DNA of 37,888 nt from sequence record SRR22947725_3599; one strand, 5' to 3'. The translations under genes were made by a program, and so were the position numbers. The notes under the pieces are model-generated. The model was not told the origin of the DNA. It did no database searches and saw only the letters and a list, made by a program, of their open reading frames with translations. Positions 17,872 to 27,937 of the stretch are shown piece by piece. Numbering within the stretch: position 1 is the stretch's first letter; every line of letters begins with the position of its first letter.

Positions 17872-20800
17872 ATGAAAAGATCCATCTGTTGCGTGATGAT
17901 GTTGTGTCTGTGGGGGCTTTCGAGCCCTGTGGTGTCGGCAGAGAATCCGACAATCACAGAGGTTCAACGGGAGTTTTTTGAAACGAAGATCCGCCCTGTG
18001 CTGGCCGATCAATGTCTCGAATGCCACAACTCGATTGACAAGAAAAAGGGCGGGCTGGCCCTCGACTGGAGTCAGCCGTCAAGACAAGGGGGTGATTCGG
18101 GCAAGGTCATCATACCCGGTGATCCCGATAACAGTTTATTGATCCAGTCCATCCGCCATCAGGCGGGGGTAGAGAATATGCCCGGCAAAGCGCCCAAGTT
18201 GGTCGACAGTGTCATTGCTGATTTCACAAGGTGGGTAAGCATGGGGGCTCCGGATCCACGTCACACACAGCCCACCGCTTTGAAAAAAGAGGTTCGCAAC
18301 TGGGACGATGTGCGGGACAATCGTAAAAAGTGGTGGTCGTTCCAATCGATAACAAATCCTGAACCGCCGAAGGTGAATAACCTCGATTGGCGCCATAATC
18401 CCATTGATGCTTTTGTTTATGATAGCCTGAAAGAGCAGCAAATGATACCCGGAGACCTTGCCGATCCACACACTTTGCTGCGCCGAGTGTCGCTGGTGTT
18501 GACGGGGCTACCTCCGTCAACAGACGATGTGACAACGTTTGCATCAAGCAAAGACCCGAAGCGCTACGAAAGATACGTCGACACATTGCTGGCCAGTAAG
18601 GCTTATGCGGAACGTTGGGCCCGACACTGGATGGACTGGTACCGCTACAGCGAAAGTCATGGCAGTGAAGGCGACCCCAGTATCGCATTTGCGCAGCAGT
18701 ACCGTGATTATTTGATCAGGGCCCTGCAACAGGATGTGCCTTATGATCAGATGATGATCGAGCATCTGGCCGGCGATCTGTTGCCGACCCCCCGGATCAA
18801 TGAAGAAACCCAAGTCAACGAATCGGCTATTGGCCCCGCGCATCTGCGTATGAACCCTTTTGGCTATGGAGTGGTGGATGCCTATCAGGAATTGGTGACA
18901 TTCACCGACAATCAGGTGGATGTGTTGAGTAAGGCCACCATGGCCCTCACGGTGTCATGCGCCCGTTGCCACAATCACAAATTTGACCCTGTCAGTCAGC
19001 AGGATTACACGCGCTTTTATGGTGTGATGATTAGTAATCGCCCCACCACCATTGTGGTGGACAGCCAAGAAAAACAGCGCCGCCACCAAGAGGCCATCAA
19101 ACAACTGAAACCTCAAATAAAAAAAGCTTTTGCCACCTACTGGCTGTCTCAAATCGAATCACTTGAAGACAGGCTGCAAAAGGTGGAATTAAAGGAACGG
19201 GATGACAGTGATGCGCTGAGCCCCTGGCTTCAAATGAAAGAGCAGGGGCCGGAAGCGTTTGAATCTTATTGGGAGGGATTACAGGGGCATGTGGGACGAG
19301 TGGAAGCGCACAATAAGAAAGTGAAGGAAAAAGCCGCCGCATACTATGATTTGCGTGATCCCAAAGTGGCCGCCATGTTTTTTAAAACGGGGAATGGCTC
19401 ACACCTATCCACACAGCCTGCGGGCTCTTTTGCTTTGAAGGGGGAAGGAGAGAACGTGTTTCAAGGTGTGTACCCTGCCGGTGTATACAGTCATCTCATC
19501 AGCGACAAACATGCGGCCGTGATGGGGTCGCCTCGTATGACGGTGTCAGGTAACAATCTCTGGATACGCGCCGCCGGTCAACAAGCCAAAAGGCGTTATG
19601 CGGTCAGGCACTACCCGTTTGGGGGCTTGTTGCATGATGATCATCGCCTCAATCAAACTTTGCCCGTGTGGCAGAGTTCGAGGAAGATGGCTATCTGGCA
19701 GGGTGAAAAAATTCATTATGAATTTCGCACCGCTCGCGACGTGATCAGCGGACCGGGGGACGAGCGCAGCTGGTGGGGAGTGAGCGAGATTTTGATGAGT
19801 CCTGAAGCTCCGCAGAGAAGGGGAGCTCCACTGAGTTTGTGGGTGACCACGCCGCCTGTGGACAAAGCGTCTTTGATGAAAGCGTATCAAACAACCATAC
19901 AAAACATACTGAACAAATGGATGGACGATATCATCAGCGATGATGAGGCGGAGTTTTTGGGGCAGATGCTGCAAGGCAACGTATTGAACCACAATATGAA
20001 ACAATTACCCGAAAATGTTGTGGCACTGGTGCAGCAATATCGCAGGCTTGAAAATGATATCCCCGCACCCACCCGCGCCCCGGGAGTGTATGAGTCGGAT
20101 CCGGTGGATGCTCCCTTTCTGAATCGTGGTGACCATCAAAGTGAAGGGAAGGCGGTGCCGCGGCAATTCTTGGAAATGTTTGGGAACAAACCTTACAGCA
20201 GAACAAACAGTGGGCGCCTGGAGCTGGCGCAGGATATTGTGGCTGACAACAACCCTCTGACACGACGCGTCCTGGTGAACCGTTTGTGGAATTATGTCTT
20301 TGGCGCCGGCTTGGTGGCTACCACCGATAATTTTGGACGCATGGGGGGGCAACCCTCGCACCCCGAACTGCTGGATTTTCTGGCCAGTGATTTCAAGAAG
20401 AATGGTTGGTCGTTAAAGAAAAGCCTCAAGTTGATGGTAACCAGTCGTGCATTCAAATTGAGCAGTCAGATCACGGCAGCCGCCCGGGAGGTTGATCCTG
20501 TCAACAAGTACTTGTCTTTTTACACACCGCGTCGCCTGGATGCAGAGTCTATCTATGATAGCCTGCATTTTGTAGCGGGGCAAAAGAAGCGCGCGATATA
20601 CGAAAGCGTGATCCGTAACCGCTTGCACCCCTTCCTGACCGCTTTCAACTACCCGGTTCCTTTGTCGACGGTAAGTCGGCGCCCCAGCAACAACGTGCCG
20701 GCCCAGGCGCTGAGTCTGATGAATGGGTTGGCAGAGGATTTGTCTGGGAATCTGTTGAGCCGAGTGAATGTGAAACGGGACGTGGATGTGGTGTTGCGTG

Positions 20801-20949
20801 AGTTGTTTTTGAGGTTTTATGCCCGTGAGATAACGGTAAGTGAGCGCACGCTGTGCCGGAAGTTTTTAGGAGACGACCCCGACGCCGAAGACTGGCGTCG
20901 ATTGATTGCCACATTGTTCAATTCCAAGGAGCTAATATATGTTTACTGA
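17872..20949 (+). CDS. planctomycete-type cytochrome c / DUF1549 / DUF1553 (PSCyt1-PSCyt2-PSD1) protein
   Basis: Signal peptide; FFETKIRPVLADQCLECH; WWSFQ, NPIDAFV, ERWARHWMD, VSCARCHNHKFDP; SGRLELAQ, VNRLW, PSHPELLDFLA, QALSLMN. Confidence 0.93.
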   Translation: MKRSICCVMMLCLWGLSSPVVSAENPTITEVQREFFETKIRPVLADQCLECHNSIDKKKGGLALDWSQPSRQGGDSGKVIIPGDPDNSLLIQSIRHQAGVENMPGKAPKLVDSVIADFTRWVSMGAPDPRHTQPTALKKEVRNWDDVRDNRKKWWSFQSITNPEPPKVNNLDWRHNPIDAFVYDSLKEQQMIPGDLADPHTLLRRVSLVLTGLPPSTDDVTTFASSKDPKRYERYVDTLLASKAYAERWARHWMDWYRYSESHGSEGDPSIAFAQQYRDYLIRALQQDVPYDQMMIEHLAGDLLPTPRINEETQVNESAIGPAHLRMNPFGYGVVDAYQELVTFTDNQVDVLSKATMALTVSCARCHNHKFDPVSQQDYTRFYGVMISNRPTTIVVDSQEKQRRHQEAIKQLKPQIKKAFATYWLSQIESLEDRLQKVELKERDDSDALSPWLQMKEQGPEAFESYWEGLQGHVGRVEAHNKKVKEKAAAYYDLRDPKVAAMFFKTGNGSHLSTQPAGSFALKGEGENVFQGVYPAGVYSHLISDKHAAVMGSPRMTVSGNNLWIRAAGQQAKRRYAVRHYPFGGLLHDDHRLNQTLPVWQSSRKMAIWQGEKIHYEFRTARDVISGPGDERSWWGVSEILMSPEAPQRRGAPLSLWVTTPPVDKASLMKAYQTTIQNILNKWMDDIISDDEAEFLGQMLQGNVLNHNMKQLPENVVALVQQYRRLENDIPAPTRAPGVYESDPVDAPFLNRGDHQSEGKAVPRQFLEMFGNKPYSRTNSGRLELAQDIVADNNPLTRRVLVNRLWNYVFGAGLVATTDNFGRMGGQPSHPELLDFLASDFKKNGWSLKKSLKLMVTSRAFKLSSQITAAAREVDPVNKYLSFYTPRRLDAESIYDSLHFVAGQKKRAIYESVIRNRLHPFLTAFNYPVPLSTVSRRPSNNVPAQALSLMNGLAEDLSGNLLSRVNVKRDVDVVLRELFLRFYAREITVSERTLCRKFLGDDPDAEDWRRLIATLFNSKELIYVY

Positions 20950-22330
20950 TACTTTTTGTCGTCGACGCTTCATGCAGCTGGGGTTTGGAAGCCTGGGAGG
21001 GCTCGCTCTGAGTCAATTAAGTGCGTCGCAGGGTAAGCCCCGCCATCATCAACCGAAAGCACGCTCGGTGATATTGTGTTACATGTCTGGCGGGGTGAGC
21101 CACGTGGACAGTTTTGACCCCAAGCCTCTTTTGAAAGATATGCATGGCAAAGACATGCCCGTGGACATACTGCGCACGCAGTTTGATAACAACGGCAAGA
21201 TCATGCAATCGCCTTGGAAGGCAAAAAAACATGGTCAATCGGGGTTGGAGATGACCAACCTCTTCCCGCACATTGCCGACTGCGCCGATGACATTGCTCT
21301 GGTTCGCAGCATGACGGCAGATTTTTCAGAACATGCCCAGGGGAACTTTTACATGCATACAGGTTTTCCTTTCCTGGGGGTGCCGTCGGCGGGGGCCTGG
21401 GTAAATTACGGTTTGGGCAGTGTGAATCAAAATCTGCCCGGGTACGTGGTCCTCAACAACAAAACCGGGATTCCCCACGGGGGCAAATCGATTTTCGGCA
21501 GTGGTTTCCTGCCTGCCACCAACGGTGCCTCGTTTTTTGATCTGGATCAGGAAGAAGTGGTTAGTCGTGTGCAGCCACGTCGCCCCTTGAAAGAGCAGCG
21601 TGCGAGCCTGGGGTTTTTGAAACAGCTGGATGGCGCTTTTGCCAAGCGCTCGGCTGCAGAAGGGGATGTGCAGTCGGCTGTGAAAAATTATGAGACAGCC
21701 TTTCGCATGCAAACGGCGGTACCTGAATTGATGGACCTCGACAAAGAACCGGATTATCTCAAACGAGCTTATGGCTTCGAGCATGAAGACCCGCTGGTGG
21801 CTCGTTATGGGCATCAGTGCATGGTGGCCCGTCGTCTGGTGGAACAGGGAGTGCGCTTTGTTGAGTTGTCTTGCTCCAATTTCAAAGGAGATGGGCAAAG
21901 GGCCAACCCCTGGGATCAACACGGCAACCTGCCCCATGGTCACAAGGAAATGGCCCGTCAGGTCGACCAGCCCATTGCGGCCCTCATCAACGATCTCAAA
22001 CAGCGTGGCTTGCTGGAAAGTACCTTGATTATATTTACCGGTGAGTTTGGTCGTACTCCCTTTTCACAGGGCAATAACGGCCGCGATCACAATCCCTATG
22101 GTTTTAGTCTGTGGATGGCCGGTGGGGGAATCAAGGGGGGTAGCGTGCATGGGGCCACCGATGAGCTGGGTTACCATGCCATTGAAGACAAGGCCAAGGT
22201 ATTTGATCTGTGGGCCACGGTGCTGCACCAACTAGGCATGGATCATGAAAAGCTGACCTATCGTTACGGAGGGCGCGATATGCGACTCACTGATGTGCAT
22301 GGAAACGTGATGACAAAAATCCTTCTCTGA
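20939..22330 (+). CDS. DUF1501 family protein
   Basis: Tat-like RRRFMQ; MSGGVSHVDSFDPKP; ARRLVEQGVRFV; WDQH; GEFGRTP; GRDHNP; GGGIKGG; RLTDVHG. Overlaps its usual DUF1553 partner. Confidence 0.93.
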   Translation: MFTDTFCRRRFMQLGFGSLGGLALSQLSASQGKPRHHQPKARSVILCYMSGGVSHVDSFDPKPLLKDMHGKDMPVDILRTQFDNNGKIMQSPWKAKKHGQSGLEMTNLFPHIADCADDIALVRSMTADFSEHAQGNFYMHTGFPFLGVPSAGAWVNYGLGSVNQNLPGYVVLNNKTGIPHGGKSIFGSGFLPATNGASFFDLDQEEVVSRVQPRRPLKEQRASLGFLKQLDGAFAKRSAAEGDVQSAVKNYETAFRMQTAVPELMDLDKEPDYLKRAYGFEHEDPLVARYGHQCMVARRLVEQGVRFVELSCSNFKGDGQRANPWDQHGNLPHGHKEMARQVDQPIAALINDLKQRGLLESTLIIFTGEFGRTPFSQGNNGRDHNPYGFSLWMAGGGIKGGSVHGATDELGYHAIEDKAKVFDLWATVLHQLGMDHEKLTYRYGGRDMRLTDVHGNVMTKILL

Positions 22331-22481
22331 ACATCATTTGATTGATAACGCCAAATCCAACTGCAAAAAAGAACGGGAGCCAGCGTCTGAACTCTTTTGA
22401 TCAGTTTAAGAGATAAGTTGTAAAACATCGCGAGTGCCAGCTGCCCGGCACTCGCGAGACCAGGAGAAGCCTCGTGAGAAA

Positions 22482-24566
22482 ATGCAAAATATCCTATTAC
22501 GAAAAGCAATCCTAACCACAACGATCGCCGCCCTGTTACTGGGTGCTTATGGAGGGCATCGCCTGCGCGCCGCTGAGCCGCAGCCCGCATTCCGAACGGC
22601 TTGCATCTTCACCGATCATATGGTTCTACAGCGCGATCAGCCCCTGCCGGTTTGGGGCTGGGCAGCGCCCGGTCGCGTTGTCATCGTGGAAGTTGGTCCG
22701 CACTCCGCCCGCACCCGCACGAATGCGGAAGGGCGCTGGCGCCTGACCTTGCCGCGCCTCGAAAGCGGCAAAGGTCCGCTGACGATGACCGTCAAGGCTG
22801 GCGATGAGACCATTCGCCTCACCGACATCCTCGTGGGCGAAGTCTGGCTCTGCTCCGGCCAGTCGAACATGGAAATGACCGTACACGAATCTGCCGATGG
22901 TAAAGCTGAAGTCAAAGCAGCCAACCACCCCAACATCCGGCTTTTCAATATTCCGCGACCCGCAGCCATGGCCAGTGATCCCCAGGACGATGTCGTCGGC
23001 CAATGGCAAGCCTGTTCGCCCGAAACCATCGGAGATTTCTCGGCTGTTGGTTACTACTTCGGGCGCAAAATCCACCAGTCCATCGAAATGCCTGTCGGAC
23101 TCATCAACGCCTCGTGGGGAGGAACGATCATTGAAACCTGGACTCGTCACGAAGAAATCTCTCGCCTGCCTGGCATGACCGAACGTATCGCAGAAGCCCA
23201 GGATATTCACCGGGACCCGACGCTGGTTCCCCAGGACATGACCGCCGAGGAAAAACATGAGGCGGAGATCTACCGAGCGAACTTCAAGGATAAAGCCGAT
23301 TACAAAATCGCTTTCAAAGCCAGCCTGGAACGTGCCACGAAGAGTCGGCAGGCTTTCAATGAGGCGAGAGCCAACGACGCACTCGCCCGCAAAATGACGC
23401 GTCCTGACCTTGAGCTCAGCAGTTGGAAAACCATGGAGATCCCCAACCGATGGGGAGAAGCGGGCCTGCCCGACTTCAGGGGCATGGTTTGGTTCCGCAA
23501 GACCATTGACGTTCCCGCATCGTGGGCGGGCAAGAACCTCGTGCTGCATCTTGACCGCATCTACGAAGGCGACGTCACGTGGTTCAACGGCAAGCAAGTG
23601 GGTGCCACCATCATCGCCAACTATTCCAAGCAGCGCGTCTACAGCATCCCCGCCAACCTGATCAAAACCGGCGACAACACCATCACCGTGCGTGTCACCG
23701 ACACGTTTCGCCCCCGCGGCATGTCGGGCAAAGCCGACGCCATGGCTCTCTGTGTCGCCGGTTCCGAGGAAACGGATCGCATCGGTCTGGCCGGTTCCTG
23801 GTATTACAAGCCAGGTGTCCAACTCCGCGCCTCGCTCCCTTACCCCGACGACCATGTCAACCTCCCCACGCTTCTTTACAACACGATGATTCACCCCCTT
23901 GTCCCTTTCGCCATCCGCGGTATCATCTGGTACCAGGGCGAGCAGAACCACGGCGACGGCATGCTCTACTTCGACAAAATGCAGGCGCTCATCCAATCCT
24001 GGCGCAACGTCTTCCTCCGTCCCAACGCGCCCTTTTACTTCGTGCAGATCGCGCCCTATCGCTACGGCGGCGACATGATGGATTACACTCTCCCTGAGCT
24101 CTGGGAAGCCCAGACCGCCGCTATGGACATTCCCCACACCGGCATGGCCGTTATCTCGGACATCGGCCACGTCAATTGGCTCCATCCCAGCAACAAGCAA
24201 GGCGTTGGGAAACGCCTCGCGCTCTGGGCTCTCGCTAAGGACTATGGCGAGGAAAACCTCGTATGCTCCGGTCCTCTCTACAAATCGATGGCTATCGAAG
24301 GCAGCAAAATTCGTCTGAGTTTCAACTATACGGGAAGCGGGCTCGTTTCGCGCGATGCCAAGCCCCTCGACTGGTTTGAAATTGCGGGTGAAGACGGGAA
24401 ATTCGTCAAGGCCCAAGCCTTGATCGACGGCCATACCGTTGTCGTCTCCAGCGACGCCATCGCCAAACCGACCACAGCAAGGTTCGCCTGGCACCAGGTA
24501 GCCGTTCCAAACCTCATGAACAAGGAGGGATTGCCTGCGGGTCCCTTTCGAACGCATCAGCCGTAG
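22482..24566 (+). CDS. sialate O-acetylesterase (SASA/DUF303) with inserted sugar-binding domain
   Basis: HMVLQRD...VWGWA; GEVWLCSGQSNME; FSAVGYYFG; PVGLINASWGGT; inserted GMVWFRK...WFNG...R-Y domain; IWYQGEQN; FYFVQIAPY; DIG...LHP.NKQ.VG.RL. ATG 22482 preferred over GTG 22434. Confidence 0.9.
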   Translation: MQNILLRKAILTTTIAALLLGAYGGHRLRAAEPQPAFRTACIFTDHMVLQRDQPLPVWGWAAPGRVVIVEVGPHSARTRTNAEGRWRLTLPRLESGKGPLTMTVKAGDETIRLTDILVGEVWLCSGQSNMEMTVHESADGKAEVKAANHPNIRLFNIPRPAAMASDPQDDVVGQWQACSPETIGDFSAVGYYFGRKIHQSIEMPVGLINASWGGTIIETWTRHEEISRLPGMTERIAEAQDIHRDPTLVPQDMTAEEKHEAEIYRANFKDKADYKIAFKASLERATKSRQAFNEARANDALARKMTRPDLELSSWKTMEIPNRWGEAGLPDFRGMVWFRKTIDVPASWAGKNLVLHLDRIYEGDVTWFNGKQVGATIIANYSKQRVYSIPANLIKTGDNTITVRVTDTFRPRGMSGKADAMALCVAGSEETDRIGLAGSWYYKPGVQLRASLPYPDDHVNLPTLLYNTMIHPLVPFAIRGIIWYQGEQNHGDGMLYFDKMQALIQSWRNVFLRPNAPFYFVQIAPYRYGGDMMDYTLPELWEAQTAAMDIPHTGMAVISDIGHVNWLHPSNKQGVGKRLALWALAKDYGEENLVCSGPLYKSMAIEGSKIRLSFNYTGSGLVSRDAKPLDWFEIAGEDGKFVKAQALIDGHTVVVSSDAIAKPTTARFAWHQVAVPNLMNKEGLPAGPFRTHQP

Positions 24567-24648
24567 ATCTTGCGATTGTCAAAGCGGAGAGTACGTCTAA
24601 CCTGCCTCGCGTTCTAGCTGCCATTGTTTCTTTACCATGATCTGTTTA

Positions 24649-24726
24649 ATGAAACACCTCCTGCTCCCAACTATCGCAGCCGTGGTGTTGGAGGGGTTTG
24701 GGAAGTCTTGCCCAAGTGCAGAATGA
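24649..24726 (+). pseudogene. second orphan ankyrin-lipoprotein-type leader remnant
   Basis: MKHLLLPTIAAVVLEGFGKSCPSAE*; 40/53 nt identical to 15928-15980. Confidence 0.6.
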
Positions 24727-25290
24727 CGATTCAGGATCACCAAGGCGATCAACTGGAGTCTGACACAATGTAACTGAAATGGCTGGCGTGGTGGTGCTCT
24801 GGACTGATCTTCTGCGTATCGATGAGTGTTGCACACCTACCGGTGGATATTGCGCCACTCGGACAGTATGTAAACAAAGACTGGCTTACCAAGATCGCTC
24901 AGCTTGATGGGATCGTCGGCCTGGGCGAAGGATGATCGGTAATCGTCCTCTCACGCCAAAGTCAGGATCTGTCTCCTGACCCTGGAAACAGCCTTTGGAA
25001 ACGTCGACTGTCCGAATCACTGAGAAACGAAACGAGCTGAGCACCGCCAACAGCTGTCGTATTATCTATTTTGGTTTGAACGGCGACCTGCGCCCGTCTG
25101 CGCATGACGCATGAGGGTGATCTTGCTTTTGATGGATCTTCTGAGACAATCACACCTGTTATCCAAAGACAAGTGACGCATGCTCATGGGCGAGTTCATT
25201 CGCTCATGACGCTTCGAACAACCTTCCGGTGATCGGGGCCTTGAAGCTGTGGAAGCTTGATGAAGTGTCGATTAAAAACAAAGATTGCTT

Positions 25291-26733
25291 ATGTTTTCGC
25301 CTCGCTATTGTTGGTCGTATTGGACTTCTCTTGTCCTTTTTTTGGTGGTTCTGTTCCGCGTTGTTCCTGCTGTCCGCGCACAAGAACCTCGCCCCTTGTT
25401 TGTAGAGGGATACACCGGAAAAGTCAGTTACGTGCCGGGGGAAACCGTGAACCTGCACGTGTCCACTTCAGCCTCGGTTTTTAAAGCTGAAATTTTCCGG
25501 CTGGGAGGAGAGGACAAAAAGGTATGGGCTCAGGAAGGTATCAAGGGACAGGTATCCACTGTGCCGGGAAATGCCTCTTCCCATGGTTGTGATTGGCCCG
25601 TTGCATTGGAAATGCCTATCCCGTTGGATATGCAGAGTGGGTATTACGAAGTGCGATTGCGGGCCAGTGATCGAGGTGGCAAATATGTGCAACGCAACCG
25701 GCGTCATGCAGAAGGAACCTGCTTTTTCATTGTGCGATCCGCTCAACCTGGGAGAGACACAAGCATATTGCTGCAGCTTTCAACCAATACCTACAATGCC
25801 TACAATAACTGGGGAGGTTTCAGCCTCTACGGGTTTCATGGAGCAGGGGGGAATCAGGGCCATCGAGTATCCTTTGATCGACCTCCGAGCAGTCTTTACA
25901 ATAACTGGGAACGTCCATTCGTGCAGTGGGCCGAGACCCATGGGTATGTGCTTGATTTCGCAGCAAACAACGATCTGGAATTCCATCCCGAACTGCTTTC
26001 TTCCTACAAACTGGTGCTCAGCCTGGGCCATGACGAATATTGGTCGGCTCCCATGAGGGATCATTTGGAATCCTACATCACGGAGGGTGGCAATGTGGCG
26101 TTCTTTAGTGGAAATACCTGTTGCTGGCAAATCCGCAACGAAGCCAAGGGGCGTGCTTCGACGTGTTGGAAACAGAACTTTCACTCTGATCCGGTGTATC
26201 AGGCCAGAAAAGGGAATGACCTCTTGTCGTCGCTGTGGAGTCATCATCTGGTGGGGCGTCCCGAGAACACACTGACGGGTGTGGGTTTTTTGTGGGGTGG
26301 ATATCACCGAAGTCATGGACAGTACATGGATGGCAGTGGCGCCTACACGGTGCATCGTCCGGAGCATTGGGTGTTTGCAGGAACGAGTCTGAAGCGCAAG
26401 GATGTGTTTGGTGGCAAGGACAGCATCGTTGGATACGAATGTGATGGCTGCGAAATGACATGGAAGGAAGGGTTGCCGTTTCCAACATATCAGGACGGAA
26501 CACCTCCCTCGTTTCAAATCCTCGGCACAGCGCCTGCCAGATGGCATCCCGATGATTGTCAATGGTATGACCAATGGGAAAACGGTCGTGAAGGCAATGC
26601 GGTGTTGGGGATTTATGCGCGCGGTGGCACCGTGTTCACCTGTGGGAGCACGGATTGGTCACATGGATTGAGAGGGAAAGATCCGATCGTCGAGCAGATC
26701 ACCAGGAACGTTCTCAACCGATTGTCAGAATAA
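25291..26733 (+). CDS. exported N,N-dimethylformamidase large (beta) subunit family protein
   Basis: Signal peptide; VEGY...SYVPGE; SGYY; TNTYNAYNNWGGFSLY; VSFDRP; SLGHDEYWS; GGNVAFFSGN; VGYECDG; GGTVFTCGSTDW...QITRNVL. Confidence 0.85.
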   Translation: MFSPRYCWSYWTSLVLFLVVLFRVVPAVRAQEPRPLFVEGYTGKVSYVPGETVNLHVSTSASVFKAEIFRLGGEDKKVWAQEGIKGQVSTVPGNASSHGCDWPVALEMPIPLDMQSGYYEVRLRASDRGGKYVQRNRRHAEGTCFFIVRSAQPGRDTSILLQLSTNTYNAYNNWGGFSLYGFHGAGGNQGHRVSFDRPPSSLYNNWERPFVQWAETHGYVLDFAANNDLEFHPELLSSYKLVLSLGHDEYWSAPMRDHLESYITEGGNVAFFSGNTCCWQIRNEAKGRASTCWKQNFHSDPVYQARKGNDLLSSLWSHHLVGRPENTLTGVGFLWGGYHRSHGQYMDGSGAYTVHRPEHWVFAGTSLKRKDVFGGKDSIVGYECDGCEMTWKEGLPFPTYQDGTPPSFQILGTAPARWHPDDCQWYDQWENGREGNAVLGIYARGGTVFTCGSTDWSHGLRGKDPIVEQITRNVLNRLSE

Positions 26734-26752
26734 ATCACCAATACAGATTGCA

Positions 26753-27937
26753 ATGATGAAATGTACCGGATGTTTGATTTCCCTTTGCTTGCTCGTCAGT
26801 GCCACCAGCTCAGCCATCATGGCTCAGGCACTGGAGGGATCATCCAGTCTTCCCTCGGGTCTTCACAAAGCCATGCTTCTGAAACCTGGCCCGGGGAATC
26901 CCCGAAACAGTGAAGGTGATTTCATTCAGCTCAGGGATGGGCGACTTTTGTTTGTCTATTCTCATTTTACGGATGGGAGCAGCGACCATGCATCGGCCTT
27001 TCTCGCCAGCCGTATATCCAGTGACGGAGGGCAGACATGGTCGGACAAGGACGCAATCATCCTGAGCAATGAAGGTGGATTCAATATCATGTCCGTTTCC
27101 CTGCTGCGCTTGATCAATGGGCAAATCGCCATGTTTTATTTGCGAAAGAACTCAATGGAAGATTGTCGACCATGGATGCGTTTCTCCACCGACGAAGCCC
27201 TTACCTGGAGTGAGCCGGTCGAGGTGATTACCGATCAGGTCGGGTATTACGTTCTGAACAATGATCGTGCCATACAACTGAAGAGTGGAAGGTTGATTTG
27301 CCCGGTGGCCTTGCATCATTTGCCGGAATATGAAAAGCCTGACTGGAAAGGTCTTTTAATGTGCTATGTTTCCGATGATTTAGGCATGACATGGAAACGC
27401 AGCGCTTCGGTTCTCAAGGGAACCAATCCTGATGGATCACGAACAACCTTTCAGGAGCCGGGCGTGATTGAATTAAAAGATCGACGCCTGATGATGTGGA
27501 TACGTTCCGACGGAGGCAGCCAGTATTTGAGTTGGTCAGAAGACGAAGGCAATACATGGTCTCAACCTGTGCCCAGTGAAATTCGCTCACCCGTATCACC
27601 TGCCAGCATGGAGCGTATCCCCGAGACCGGTGATCTGTTGCTGGTCTGGAATGATCATGCCGATATTCCAGAAGTGTTGAAAGGACGACGCACGCCGTTG
27701 AGTGTTGCCATCTCCAGAGATGAAGGGCGGCATTGGACCCGGAGTGTGGCCTTGGAAAATAATCACGAGGGTTGGTATTGTTATACGGCCATTGAATGCT
27801 TGGGGGATCAGGTGATCCTTGGGCATAGCGCTGGAGATCGTCGTACAGGTGGTTTGAATTGTCTGCAAGTGACGCGTTTTGAAGTGTCATGGCTTTACGA
27901 TATTTTAGGGGAACCACAAAAAGTTCGGACGCAATGA
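26753..27937 (+). CDS. exported BNR-repeat sialidase-family protein
   Basis: PRNSEGDFI; Asp-boxes SSDGGQTW, STDEALTW, SDDLGMTW, SEDEGNTW, SRDEGRHW; QEPGV; RTPL; WYCY. Confidence 0.9.
   Translation: MMKCTGCLISLCLLVSATSSAIMAQALEGSSSLPSGLHKAMLLKPGPGNPRNSEGDFIQLRDGRLLFVYSHFTDGSSDHASAFLASRISSDGGQTWSDKDAIILSNEGGFNIMSVSLLRLINGQIAMFYLRKNSMEDCRPWMRFSTDEALTWSEPVEVITDQVGYYVLNNDRAIQLKSGRLICPVALHHLPEYEKPDWKGLLMCYVSDDLGMTWKRSASVLKGTNPDGSRTTFQEPGVIELKDRRLMMWIRSDGGSQYLSWSEDEGNTWSQPVPSEIRSPVSPASMERIPETGDLLLVWNDHADIPEVLKGRRTPLSVAISRDEGRHWTRSVALENNHEGWYCYTAIECLGDQVILGHSAGDRRTGGLNCLQVTRFEVSWLYDILGEPQKVRTQ

Noticed and set aside
22626-24557. 643-aa ORF antisense to the esterase
   Set aside because: Shadow frame expected from strongly C/G-ending codons; no recognisable motifs.
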